Assembly: GCA_002269645.1 (NCBI GenBank)
Contig: NIVC01003443.1
Coordinates: 1-64,000, forward strand
Length of the DNA: 64,000 nt
Direction: 5' to 3'
DNA from: Macrostomum lignano
Taxonomy: Eukaryota
Program-made: the position numbers and the translations under genes
Shown here: one piece after another, positions 50,799 to 62,687 of the stretch
Layout: each line of letters starts with the position of its first letter
Position numbering within the stretch: the stretch's first letter is position 1
The notes under the pieces: generated by a model
What the model saw: the letters and a program-made list of their open reading frames with translations, nothing else
The model's database searches: none
What the model was told of the DNA's origin: nothing

Positions 50799-52290
50799 CT
50801 GAATATTTTTATTGACAACAATATTTAAACCACGCTCTTTTTTTAAAGACGCAATCGAAAACGTTGAGGATCTGGTAGGATGGAAGACCAACTGAGGCAT
50901 CTTTACGAAACCAACGTGTCACGAGCAACAAATTCAGGGCTGGGGTATACAAAAACCTCGGGAAAATTACCCGGAAATCATTCGTTAATTTAAACACAGT
51001 CCCTACAGGGCGCATTGCATGCAAGCCGCAGACCCAACGAAGCTTTTCGGAGATTTGTGAAACGAAACACACCGTGCTGCATGGTCCAGGCCCTGTGGAG
51101 CGGCCGGGGCAAGCGGCAGTCAACCACTTGTTCGTCTTGGCCTGCCTTGTTTCATTTCTACTAAGCGCAGCACGAGCCATAGGCGGCATTGACGGGTAGG
51201 CCCTAGCGGTCCTGGCGAACTGATAAAGCAATATCGCCCCCCGCCCCGGCCGCGCTGCACTGCAGAGAGGCATAGTAGCCAGGCGTTGAGCTGCATGAAA
51301 GCCATACAGTCAAAGCCGAACGGATTTGTTTGTCCATGGGGCAGCTGTTCCTTCGTTCAGCACTGATTCAGAGACGCGCACGCAGCGAAGAAGGCGTGGG
51401 GGGTTGGCTACAGCCCCTTAGCCCTGGGGGTCTCTTCTCCACAGGGCTAGTTTGTCACGTCGAGACGGGCGACTTTGTGATTTCCTGATATTTCTGCTTT
51501 TACCCGGCGGTACCGCCGGCCGCTACGCCACCCCTGATACCCCCCACCACCACCGAAATTAGTGAAGCTTCTGCGCAGGGGAGGATCGCGAACGCTTCGA
51601 AATCTCGCACCAAGGTCTGTTTAGGTTCGCTCGTTGAAATTGGAGTGAATTGAGTGCTATATGCGCACCTAATTTGCTACCTTGTGTGCGTGTGGAGACA
51701 AGAGGTATTGGCTGCCAGCCACCACAACAAAATCCGCAACACACAGGTTTGAGTCGGGACTGTTTCTAAATGTTCCATTGCATCCATATACTCGAATTGT
51801 TTTATTCCCAGTGGAAAATGCGATGACGGATGTGCAGATTCCCTTATGCTAGCTTGATTATCAGAAGAGGAAGTGCAGATTCCCTTATGCTTTTCGAGTC
51901 CAGCTACGAGCGCTCTGTGAGAGGAGCTTCAGAAGCCCTTTCAAATGTATTAATTCTCAAAATGGACTACTCAGCCTAAGAATGCAGCTTCTGTTCTAAT
52001 CTAGGTAATTATTACTGCATAACAGGGGAGGATACAGGGGGACAGGGACTTCGATTGTTTTCGTTTGTTTCTGGTCTCTGCTGATTATATTCCGTCAGCT
52101 ATTGCAGTTCATAGGCTTTGCAATGGCAAACAGGTATGCATGCCTCGGGGCTTGATCGATCAGGATTGCCTTTCAAAGCCCCTTACGAACAGTCAAAGAT
52201 TTCTTCTTGTTGTTTGTTGTCTTTTCGTTGCTTTTCCGTTTTTATTATCGAACTCGCAAAATTCAGGTTTCCATCTTCTGTGCTCTGAAA

Positions 52291-52563
52291 TCCCCACGAA
52301 TTAGAATCTGAAATCCCCGCCCATTAGAATCCGAAATCCCCGCCAATTGGACTCTGAAATCCCTGCCAATTAGACTGTGAAATCCCTGCCAGTTAGACTC
52401 TGAAATGCCTGCCAATTAGACTCTGAAATCCCTGTCAATTAGAATCCGGAATCCCCGCCAATTAGAATCCAGAATCCCCGCCAATTAGAAACTGAAATCC
52501 CCGCCAATTAGAATTCGGAATCCCCGCCAATTAGAATCCGGAATCCCCGCCAATTAGAATCCG
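52291..52563. repeat. Minisatellite, 23-bp unit TTAGAATCCGAAATCCCCGCCAA, ~12 copies
   Basis: Direct reading. Confidence 0.95.
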
Positions 52564-53087
52564 AAGCCTCAGTAATGAGAATCAGAAATGAAAAAGCATA
52601 TCGTTAGCTGTCCAGCTTGTTAACCTAAAAGCTTAACAAACATCCAGCAACTACAAAACCACAGTGCAACGCACCCATAAGTCAAAGCAGAAACGAGAAA
52701 GGCAGGTAGTGAGGGCCAAGCAACAGCTCAGAAAGATGAGATCTGTGTATAGACCTATGCTACGGAAGCAGGCGAGGACTATAAAGCCAGAGGGTCCGAG
52801 CGACTGGGAGTGTCACCGACCGTGTGTGTGACAGGAAATCAGAGAGACCGGGCTCGCTTGTTGGTACGCACGCCAGGGGGGGGGGAGGGGCGATCCAGCT
52901 GTACCCGCCTGACTGCCTCACCCACCCGAGAGCCGACTGCAGGCTTGTATCGTCGAGGTGAGAGAGAGAGACAGGCAGACCGACGGAGAATCAGAATTAA
53001 GAGCGCGAGGGGTTGCTTGGGCTGTTGGGTTGTGAATAGGCCAGGGGTCACAGCTTGAGAGCCCGGCCAACCTGCTATTGACTACTG

Positions 53088-53722
53088 AGTCAGTCAGTCA
53101 GTCAGTCAGTCAGTCAGTCAGTCAGTCAGTCACCCACTCACTCAAGTCAGTCAGTCAGTCAGTCAGTCAGTCAGTCAGTCAGTCAGTCAGTCAGTCACCC
53201 ACTCACTCAAGTCAGTCAGTCAGTCAGTCACCCACTCACTCAAGTCAGTCAGTCAGTCAGTCAGTCAGTCAGTCAGTCAGTCAGTCAGTCAGTCAGTCAG
53301 TCAGTCAGTCAGTCAGTCACCCACTCACTCAAGTCAGTCAGTCAGTCAGTCAGTCAGTCAGTCAGTCAGTCAGTCAGTCAGTCAGTCAGTCAGTCAGTCA
53401 GTCAGTCAGTCAGTCAGTCAGTCAGTCAGTCAGTCAGTCAGTCAGTCAGTCAGTCAGTCAGTCAGTCAGTCAGTCAGTCAGTCAGTCAGTCAGTCAGTCA
53501 GTCAGTCAGTCAGTCAGTCAGTCAGTCAGTCAGTCAGTCAGTCAGTCAGTCAGTCAGTCAGTCAGTCAGTCAGTCAGTCAGTCAGTCAGTCAGTCAGTCA
53601 GTCAGTCAGTCAGTCAGTCAGTCAGTCAGTCAGTCAGTCAGTCAGTCAGTCAGTCAGTCAGTCAGTCAGTCAGTCAGTCAGTCAGTCAGTCAGTCAGTCA
53701 GTCAGTCAGTCAGTCAGTCAGA
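53088..53722. repeat. (AGTC)n microsatellite, ~630 bp, with four CCCACTCACTCA interruptions
   Basis: Direct reading. Confidence 0.98.
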
Positions 53723-53727
53723 CTCAC

Positions 53728-54378
53728 CCCACTCAGGGGATGCTCAGAAACAATATGCTCATCAATTCTGGCGGCGTCAGTGGACGCCAAGCCGCACTCT
53801 GAGCAGTGGTTCAGCCCGAATCTTAGACAGCCTTCCTCGCCGTCCTTGCCGCTGCATTCAGCCTGATGACTGACAAAGGCCTTCCAGCTCATCGCGCAGA
53901 ACTGGCAGTTTGGACAGGTGAGCGATGAAGCGCCCGAGTGGCGGTTGGCGCTGACTAATAAGCCGCTGGCGAAGCTGTCCGCATCGCTGTGGCATCGGTC
54001 GACATGCTGCTGAACAGCCAGCTGGGAGGGACTCTTTACTAGGCAGCCGGGCACTCGGCAGTGGTGCAGCAGCCCAGATGAAGCCGACGAGTCAGTTGAG
54101 AAATGTCCAACTAGATGTGCTGCTATGTCGGAGAGCGCTAGGTCAGCGAAACAGTAGGGGCAGGGCATTGGCACCGCCTCCGGGCCTTCGCTGTGGTGCT
54201 GCGATTTCAAGTGCTGGATGAGTTGATCCGGCTGCCAGGCGGAGAAGGCCAAGCAGTGTCCGCAGACGAAGCAGCCGCTAGCGGATTCGAGAGCGCAGAC
54301 TGTGTTGAAAAGGCGGGTCTGACGTTCCTGCTGCGAGAACAAGATGGCGCGGTGGCGCCTTAGTTTGGCTATGAGGAC
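53728..54378 (-). CDS. C2H2 zinc-finger gene, internal exon (651 bp, ~5 fingers)
   Basis: TTGCAG acceptor, GTGAGT donor, phase 0-0; repeated CxxC..H..H motifs. Confidence 0.85.
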
Positions 54379-57189
54379 CTGCAATTAGGATAAGAATGTT
54401 GCATAGCGCAGATTTTATTAAAGACAAATAAACTTTCACAAATTAAAAAAATGCACGTCATTTTCTTGTCACATCAAAAAACACATTGTATACACATGCT
54501 GCAGTACAGAATAATCTAGCTAAAATGTTTCAAAATTCTTAGTGTGTAAAAATATTTTTAGCTGATCACATACTACAATTTATATAGTCCTATATAACAA
54601 AAGTCTTATAAATAATAATATATTATAAACACAGATAAATATGAATATTGCTTTCTCACAAGCAAAAATTTAATTAATTTAGTGGTATGTAAAACTTAAT
54701 AACTTAATATAAAATATTTTAAGCACAATTAAAAAGCTTAAAAAAACATCTAAAATTTTAGAAGACAACTGTAAAGTAAAACTGATTTAAAAATCAAATA
54801 ATTTAAAAAACTAATAATATGTTGTAAAAAGACTTACAATAGCTGATAATGTATCGACTTGTTTGGTTTGAGAAGAAGTGCAGTTTAATTCACTTAAACC
54901 TTTAATAGTCTGGTAATTCATGTTTGTAGAAAATAGCAAACCAGATACAACTACGAACTAATATTAAAGTAGCACTAGCTATCTATAAGCCAGATTTCTC
55001 ATAGCTGAAACAGCGTATTAAAACGGTTCCACCGAAGCATGCTCAAATCTGCGCAAGCTTTATTTCCACAACAATATTAACAAATATACACGAGCTTTAT
55101 GTATAAAATAAATCCCACCATTAAATATTGTTACCCAGAAGATTATCTTAAGCTATTGTGTTTATGCCCTCTTAACTGAGCAATAAAAAGTAGTTAGGCG
55201 TTATTTTAATATTATATAGTTCTTTCCGCCCAGCTTACCATTTTCAGGAAGTTACTTTTACACTTAATAGAGATGAGAATATTAATAAAAACCCTAATTA
55301 GAATGTTCGTTTTTTCTAGCATGCTTTTCTTTGCTCCATTGAATTTTTAAAAGCCTTGCTGGCAAAGTAAGAAATCCGATCGTGTTATAAAATGCGAATT
55401 AACAGAGCCGTCAACATGCAGACTCCGTCAAACTGATTTATGTGTACAGTACTTTTTGGTTACTATATTCGAATTCGTTGATATTTTCCAGCAATCCATT
55501 TAGTTAACTGTTGGGATTTGTATTATATGGCATGTAGTATTCGTTATGATTACTTTCCAAATAATTACTTGACTTTTTCGTTCCAAAATAAAAAAAATAT
55601 ATTATAAATTTTGTAACTATAATAATTTGTTAGAATGTTATTCCTTTGCATGTAAATACTGTTGAAACATGGTAGAACCCTCTGTAATTGGATATTAAAA
55701 ATATTTGTTCGTTGGACTCAATTGGAGTGATACGCGTTGCTATGCCACTGCCGCTGTGAGTTAGCATCGCAAATTCGTCCTATAGCTCCTGTATTTCTAA
55801 AGTGCGGCCATCCCCGTTTTTTTCTCGTGTTTTGATCAAAAACATTTAAAGTGCATTTATCGCGTGCTTCTTCTTCAGAATATATATTTGCATCGCACGT
55901 CACACACTATCCATTTTAATGTGACGTGCGATCACCACTAGCTATTGCTCAACATTTTTCCAATATTCATTCTTAATCTATCTCACCGTAATAAAATCAA
56001 CCGAACTATTAATACAAAGTTCAGAGCATTAGCCATTCAAATCTCTGTCTGTCTCTGCCTATTTTCTCATTTGCCATGAACCGTGGCATGAATTAAGTGT
56101 GAAATAGAGAGTGCGCCTGTCGCAGGGAATGGATAGAAGCTGAGGACCCTCGTACACCGAGTATGAGGCGAATCCAACCTAATAATCATAGCACCATGAG
56201 CTCTCTCTGGGACCTGCACTTCCCCATCCGAGCCCATCTAGGAGGAATTGTAGCCTAAGGCCTAGCATCACCAACCAACTAAAGATCCCCCTATTCAAAA
56301 GTCCTCGTTTCCAGCACTGACTAGACTGTCCCTTGTATGCCTCGCATAGAGTCCCTTAATCGGCCATTTCTAGCACAGTTGTTGGGGTCAAGAACCTTAT
56401 AGTCTGCTACAGACCGGGATTCCCGTCTCGATTCCCGTGGGATTTTAATTTCACCGGGTGTACTCCTGCACAGGTGACTGCATGGTGGCGGCCACGCGCC
56501 TTTGGCATGTTACTTCAAACAACCCGGGCTCGCGCTGTCTAGATAAATGGGATCTTGGCCGCAACGTCATCTACCACACCATCCAGAGGCGGACAAAAAG
56601 TCTAGGGGACGAGGTCTGGCGGCTGTAACTTTCAGCGCCAGAGCTCAGGGGTTTGCAGAGGTATTCTCAGCATGCAACCCAGCAGGTTACGTCAAAAAAA
56701 GTAATTTTGAACTTTGAAAACATTCAGAATATTAATGATTAGTTTTATTAAACTTTTCTACTAAGACTACTGCGGACTTTCCTTCCGCAGTAGTATTCAG
56801 GGTGTATATGTCTTAGTTTTGTTTATTTATTTGTCTCATTTGGATAACTTTTAATTTTCTTGAAAATAAGTGAAAAACTTGCAGCATGAGTTGACCGTTC
56901 ATGGGGTTGCAAAAGAAATCAAAAGTTGTTAGTTAGTTCTGAGCTTTTTTTAGCCACCCGAGAGATACTGTCTGTGGTAAATCCTTCACTTCACGCTGTG
57001 CCAACTGCATTGCAGCTTTGCCTTAATGGCCATAGACTGTCAATTGCCACAGACAGCCAGCGACATTCTTTTTCTATAGTTTATATCTTATCTGCAAAGT
57101 TTAATTCGTTCAAGAATAAAATAGTCTATGGTAAAAACCCAAACTCTAGCTTCCCTTTTCAACCCCTACTAGACTGGCATTAAACTATA

Positions 57190-57790
57190 CTGTCCGTCAA
57201 AAGTTCCGGAACCCTTGCTACGATGTCTTCTAGCGGACATAATTTCAGTCCGTTTCAATTGTAACTTAATTCAAATGAAAGCTGCGGATCTCAGCTCCAT
57301 GATGTGGTCAAGAAAAAGTTTATTCGAAGGAGCGCGTGTGAACAGGCCAGTGTTATGTACATAAAGGTTAGAGAAAAAAAGTGAGGAAAAGACAGACAAG
57401 CAATTGTTTTTTACTCTTTTACTCTCCCATGAAAGCCGACTGCACAAGAATCCATAAGAGCCTGTTGATTTCAACACAAGTTTTGGCCATAGACTAATGT
57501 TAGCCAGGCTGAACACTGCGCGCAAACCGATTCCTTCCCATGTGTGTTTGCTCCATAGACTCAGCAACCATAGACAATTGCTTGTTTGTCTTTTCCTCAC
57601 TTTTTTCTCTAACCTTTATGTACATAACACTGGCCTGTTCACACGCGCTCCTTCGAATAAACTTTTTCTTGACCACATCATGGAGCTGAGATCCGCAGCT
57701 TTCATTTGAATTAAGTTACAATTGAAACGGACTGAAATTATGTCCGCTAGAAGACATCGTAGCAAGGGTTCCGGAACTTTTGACGGACAG
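57190..57790. mobile_element. Tc1/mariner-type foldback MITE (601 bp, ~220-bp arms)
   Basis: Termini CTGTCCGTCAAAAGTTCCGGAAC, TA TSDs (57188-89, 57791-92). The loop carries CCATAGAC at 57487, 57553 and 57568. Confidence 0.9.
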
Positions 57791-59379
57791 TATAGGATTA
57801 GGATTTTAAATACCATTATTTACAAATTTGAAGTTCAGAAGATAAAAAATATACAGGGTATACAAAGTCTTAGCGCTGGCATAACAGGCATATTACGGAT
57901 TCCTATCTGTGCATTTTTGCATTTTTGCATTTTGCAGTGCATTTTGAAACCAAAATATAATATATCAAATATATACAAGCGGTCCTTGCTGGAGTATGAA
58001 TACAATTTCCTGTGCTAATCCAGTCCAGATGTCAACTTTAAATGTCCACGGTTATGTACCAGTGAGTTTTGGACTTTCTTTTATCAACTACATGTATTAT
58101 GATGTGCATTTGCATATCGAAGTGCTGGGGTGGCATCATGGTCTTAACTGCGATTTTACAATGTACACCCAGCAGCAGAACACCCATGACACAGAAGTTA
58201 AGCAACGTCGCTTCATTGATACACAGTGATTGCATTTTAGTGGGCGCTAGCGTCTTGGGCGCTGGCACCAGAGGCGCAAAGCACCGAACAATTTGAAGCA
58301 ATCGATGTCGCAGTATTCCACAATATACCTGCAGGCAAAGGTTGAAATTCCTACACAGAAGAAGAGAGTTTGAGGCTGCCAAGCTTTCGGAGGCTTTGGG
58401 TAAGAGACAGACAGGCAGACAGAACCGGGGGACCCCCAAGTCATGTGATTCGGTTCTGCACGCTCACGCGCTCTCCCCGTGACTTGGCTCGGCGATACGA
58501 GCTCCCTACTGCCTGCCTGTTAGTCATAGTTAGTGATTACGCAATAACTCTCAAGGTCAACCTGTCTGGGCCACCAGTGCCCACCACACACACACTCTCT
58601 CTCTTCTCTAGCTTCGTCCTTTCCTCCGATTGCGAAGTTCTTTCATTATTTTCCATCGCAATAGGGGGGGTCTGACAGTCGGTTATGCAACAGCTCTCTG
58701 CGCACACGTCACAGATGGACAGTCTGGGTAGGAGAGACAGAAAAGGTCATGCCGACCAATGAGATTCGCCTATACGAATATGACAAAACGAATGGCCCCA
58801 ACCTCAGCCTCCTCCGCCCAACTCCAAGCTTATATTCGAGGGCCCCAGGAAGAAAATGGGTCCCTCCAAGCAGAGCCCCCACTCGCACCGACCTCTCTTT
58901 CTGTGCTTTCCCTGTTCGCGCCCTCTGCCACGGTCTTCTTCTTGTCTGTTTTATTTTCCAAATTCTCGCAGGCGCTTCAAATGTCCACGATGGATTGATC
59001 AATATGCATTATTGACACGATCGGCACTTTTTAAGCTGACGCATCATCGTGGCCAGATGGAGCACCAGCAGAGAGTTGGAATCAGCATCGACTGTCAAAT
59101 ATGCCCTACAGTCTAAGACTTGTCTGTTGTATTTGATACTACGGTATATAACCGGTCGTGTAGACTCGAGGGACCTTCACGTGTTCACTGCAAGATACGC
59201 AGTGCGCTCCTGCCGCTGCCGCCACTGCTGCTGTGTACACGTGAAGCGCCCTAACCGATCTACGATAATCAGCTGCTAATCCGAATTAGTGTATTTTATT
59301 AATCTTACCTATTTTTAATAAGGACTTATTTTAATGCGATTGTGATTTAATGTCTGCAGTTTGCTAGTTAGTGCACCAG

Positions 59380-59830
59380 GTGGCGCCAGCAAGGGTACCG
59401 GAGTGGCGCCAGTAAGGGTACCGAGGGGGCGCCAGTAGGGTACCAGGGGCCCCAGTAAGGCACCAGGTGGCGCCAGTAAGGGTACCAGGGGTCGCCATTA
59501 AAGGCACCAGGGGGCGCCAGTAAGGGTACCAGGGGTCGCCATTAAAGGCACCAGGGGGCGCCAGTAAGGGTACCAGGGGTCGCCATTAAAGGCACCAGGG
59601 GGCGCCAGTAAGGGTACCAGGGGTCGCCATTAAAGGCACCAGGGGGCGCCAGTAAGGGTACCAGGGGTCGCCATTAAAGGCACCAGGGGGCCCGAGTAGG
59701 GTACCAGGGGTCGCCAATAAAGGCACCAGGGGGCGCCAGTAGGGTACCAGGGGTCGCAATAAAGGCACCAGGGGGCGCCAGTAGGGTACCAGGGGTCGCA
59801 ATAAAGGTATCAGGGGGCGCCAGTAAGGGC
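59380..59830. repeat. GC-rich minisatellite, 44-bp unit made of two ~22-bp subunits
   Basis: CGCCAGTAAGGGTACCAGGGGTCGCCATTAAAGGCACCAGGGGG repeated. Confidence 0.95.
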
Positions 59831-60040
59831 ATGGGGGCCGTTTTATTGGCTTGGATGGATTAAGCTGTTACGTTGAATATTTAGCTTAAAATAAAACATG
59901 AAACTCATCGTATCGCTAGTCAAATAAGATATAAAGAAACTTTCTTATAATCCATTCTTGGTTATTATAAGATTTTTTTTTAAATTAGAGTTCTGAAAAA
60001 GAAATCAGTGATCTAAACTAGATAGACAATGTGAATTCAG

Positions 60041-61160
60041 CTATATTCCAACAAAACGATAGGGCAGAGTTGCTCCAGCGAAGGACATGGCGATAGCGTC
60101 GAGCCAAGAACCTCTGGCCACCGAGTTGACGCAGTCACACGAATCGATGTACGAGGAGGCGAAGACCGCCAGCAAAATGATGTAGCACAGTACTGGAAAT
60201 ATAATAAACGAAAATATAAGTTCGTGATGTCCTTTTTAGCTACTGTTAGTAGAAATGCATGCAAATCAACGTATAAAGTAAATGTAAATTATAAAAACGG
60301 TTTTATCACCGGCGATGAGGACGGAGACGCTGGCGCTCAGAATCACTGGGCGACTTCTTGCCGCACCGAGAACGAGAGCTGCGACATCTGCGGCCGCGGC
60401 AACCACCAAAGACAGGCAGGCAATGACAGTCAGGGCAGTCATAGCGTTGAACTTCGTCTCTGGATTTGGGGTGGAATGGGGTTGGTTCTTGTGAAATTGA
60501 GTGGCTAACAGAATTTCAATGGCGTTGTTTTGGTTTAGCAAATTTGTGATGTGAGGAGAGCTGCATGAGTGTCAGGAGAGCTGCATGAGTGTCAGGAGAG
60601 CTGCATGAGTGTCAGGAGAGCTGCATGAGTGTCAGGAGAGCTGCATGAGTGTCAGGAGAGCTGCATGAGTGTCAGGAGAGCTGCATGAGTGTCAGGAGAG
60701 CTGCATGAGTGTCAGGAGAGCTGCATGAGTGTCAGGAGAGCTGCATGAGTGTCAGGAGAGCTGCATGAGTGTCAGGAGAGCTGCATGAGTGTCAGGAGAG
60801 CTGCATGAGTGTCAGGAGAGCCAGATGAGTGTCAGGAGAGCCAGATGAGTGTCAGGAGAGCTTAAATGAGTGTATCCAGGTTGGCAGAAATATAAAATTT
60901 TCTTTATCCCTTTTCACTACTCAGAAAAACAATGTTGAGTAGTAACTTACGGCCGTAAACGTTCTTCATTTCTGAGAATCGATCTGTAAAGTTATACAGG
61001 ATTTTATTGAAAACTAACATTTTGTTTCGATTGACAATTGACAACTGTTATAATTGGAGCACTCACTGGGCCAAATAGTGAAACAGGGTGACGCAATGCT
61101 AAGCAGCAGGGCCAGGAAGGTGAAGAAAGCGATTGACGTTGCTGTTAGGTTGAACTGCAT
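60041..61160 (-). CDS. Four-exon tetraspan membrane protein, claudin/PMP22-like topology (173 aa)
   Basis: Exons 61160-61019, 60983-60951, 60504-60310 and 60192-60041; all GT-AG with matching phases, 522 nt ending in TAG. Four hydrophobic segments, Cys pairs in both loops. Confidence 0.75.
60555..60870. repeat. Minisatellite, 20-bp unit GTGTCAGGAGAGCTGCATGA, ~15 copies, in intron 2 of the tetraspan gene
   Basis: Direct reading. Confidence 0.95.
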
Positions 61161-61429
61161 TTTGGTTTCAGAAAAATAAATCCAGTACATCTGTGGCCTG
61201 TTTAACTGGATTTTATACTGGGCATTTTCAGACTTTGTTATTACGAAGTTTTGGACAATTCTCAGCAAATAAATCAGTTGAAATTCCGCATATGTTGGAC
61301 CGAAATTGTCGGCATAAAAAATGAAGGCAGTGAAGAAGGACTTTTGCTTGATTTGTGCTTTGACAGGAAATTCGCTGTTTGGCATGAATGACCATTCACT
61401 TCAGATGTTTTTTAAAGGAGTTTAGTGCT

Positions 61430-61990
61430 GCATTGTTGGCGCCTCTGTTTTGGCGCCTTTGTTTTGGCGCCTCTGTTTTGGCGCCTTTGTTTTGGCGTCT
61501 CTGTTTTGGCGCCTCTGGTGCTTCATTTTAGCGCCTTTAATGCTTCAGTTTTTGGCGCCTTTTTTGCTTAATTATTGGCGCCTTTAATGCTTCACTTTTG
61601 GCGCCTTTTTTGCTTAATTATTGGCGCCTTTAATGCTTCACTTTTGGCGCCTTTTTTGCTTAATTATTGGCGCCTTTAATGCTTCACTTTTGGCGCCTTT
61701 TTTGTGCTTCATTTTTGGCACCTTTGTTTTGGCGCCTTTGTTTTGGCGCCTTTGTTTTGGCGCCTTTTGTGCTTTATTTTTAGCGCCTTTTGTGCTTCAT
61801 TTTTGGCGCCTCTTGTGCTTCATTTTTGGCACCTTTGTTTTGGCGCCTTTGTTTTGGCGCCTTTTGTGCTTTATTTTTAGCGCCTTTTGTGCTTCATTTT
61901 TGGCGCCTCTTGTGCTTCATTTTTAGTGCCTCTGGTGTTTCATTTTTTGCGCCTTTAATGCTTCATTTTTGGCGCCTCTTGTGCCTCATT
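61430..61990. repeat. Degenerate TTTTGGCGCC(T/C) repeat with T-rich variable linkers
   Basis: Direct reading; many GGCGCC cores. Confidence 0.9.
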
Positions 61991-62367
61991 TCTTGGCTTT
62001 TCATTTTACTTCCGCGCGAGTTCAAAGTATTCCAGATTTTTCATGCTTAAAAAATGAATTCAAAGCCTCCCAGCTTGAAGAAATCTCCAATTCCGTGTGC
62101 CGTTTATTTACTCTATCGATAGACCGAGAGCTCCCAGTAATGCCCAGCCATGCATTAACATTTATAAGTTATGGCCTGTTTTTGGTCCTCTGATAAAGAG
62201 GTTTTTTGATTCAATAATTTTTTTGCCAGTAGGTAACAAATTTATGTAAAAAAGTTAAAATATAAAATTAGCATTTGAAAAAATTACAAATTACTTCAAG
62301 ACGTGTAATTTTGCAATTTTTTTAGAAAACAAACTTTGTTATAAAAATAGACTTTTTGTTAAAAATA

Positions 62368-62651
62368 TTAGGCGTAGTTGAAGGTTAAGCAAAAATATGG
62401 GGCAGCCGAGCCACGCTGATTGTTCAGGAGCGGCAGTCGCGGTGCGGCGGTGCGGAGTCCACATCGGAGCAGATGGACGGCAGGCTCTCGGTCGGCTGCA
62501 GCAGGTGGTGCACCGCGGCCTCCCGACGGGCGCTTCCGCCGGCTCGGCCGGTGCCGCCGCTGCAGTCCCAGTTCAGCACCCGGTTGATGCTGCAGCGGAT
62601 CCTGTGGTGTCCTCGGTGCCGGCCTGACGAGTTGCAATTGGCGAAGTTCGA

Positions 62652-62687
<36 letters not shown>

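Noticed and set aside
52811-53052. TG...CA bounded segment as a solo LTR
   Set aside because: Flanks GGAG and GCTT do not form a TSD; no PBS.
53078-53866. 262-aa SQSV-repeat ORF
   Set aside because: Artefact of translating (AGTC)n, antisense to a real exon.
61430-61990. CRISPR-like repeat with variable spacers
   Set aside because: Spacers are short, T-rich and mutually similar; eukaryotic context; no cas genes. The other minisatellites have no spacers at all.
48682-62050. ORFs inside tandem repeats (48621/48682, 59586, 61621, 61790) and antisense ORFs over GC-rich exons
   Set aside because: Explained by repeat periodicity or by codon bias of the opposite strand.
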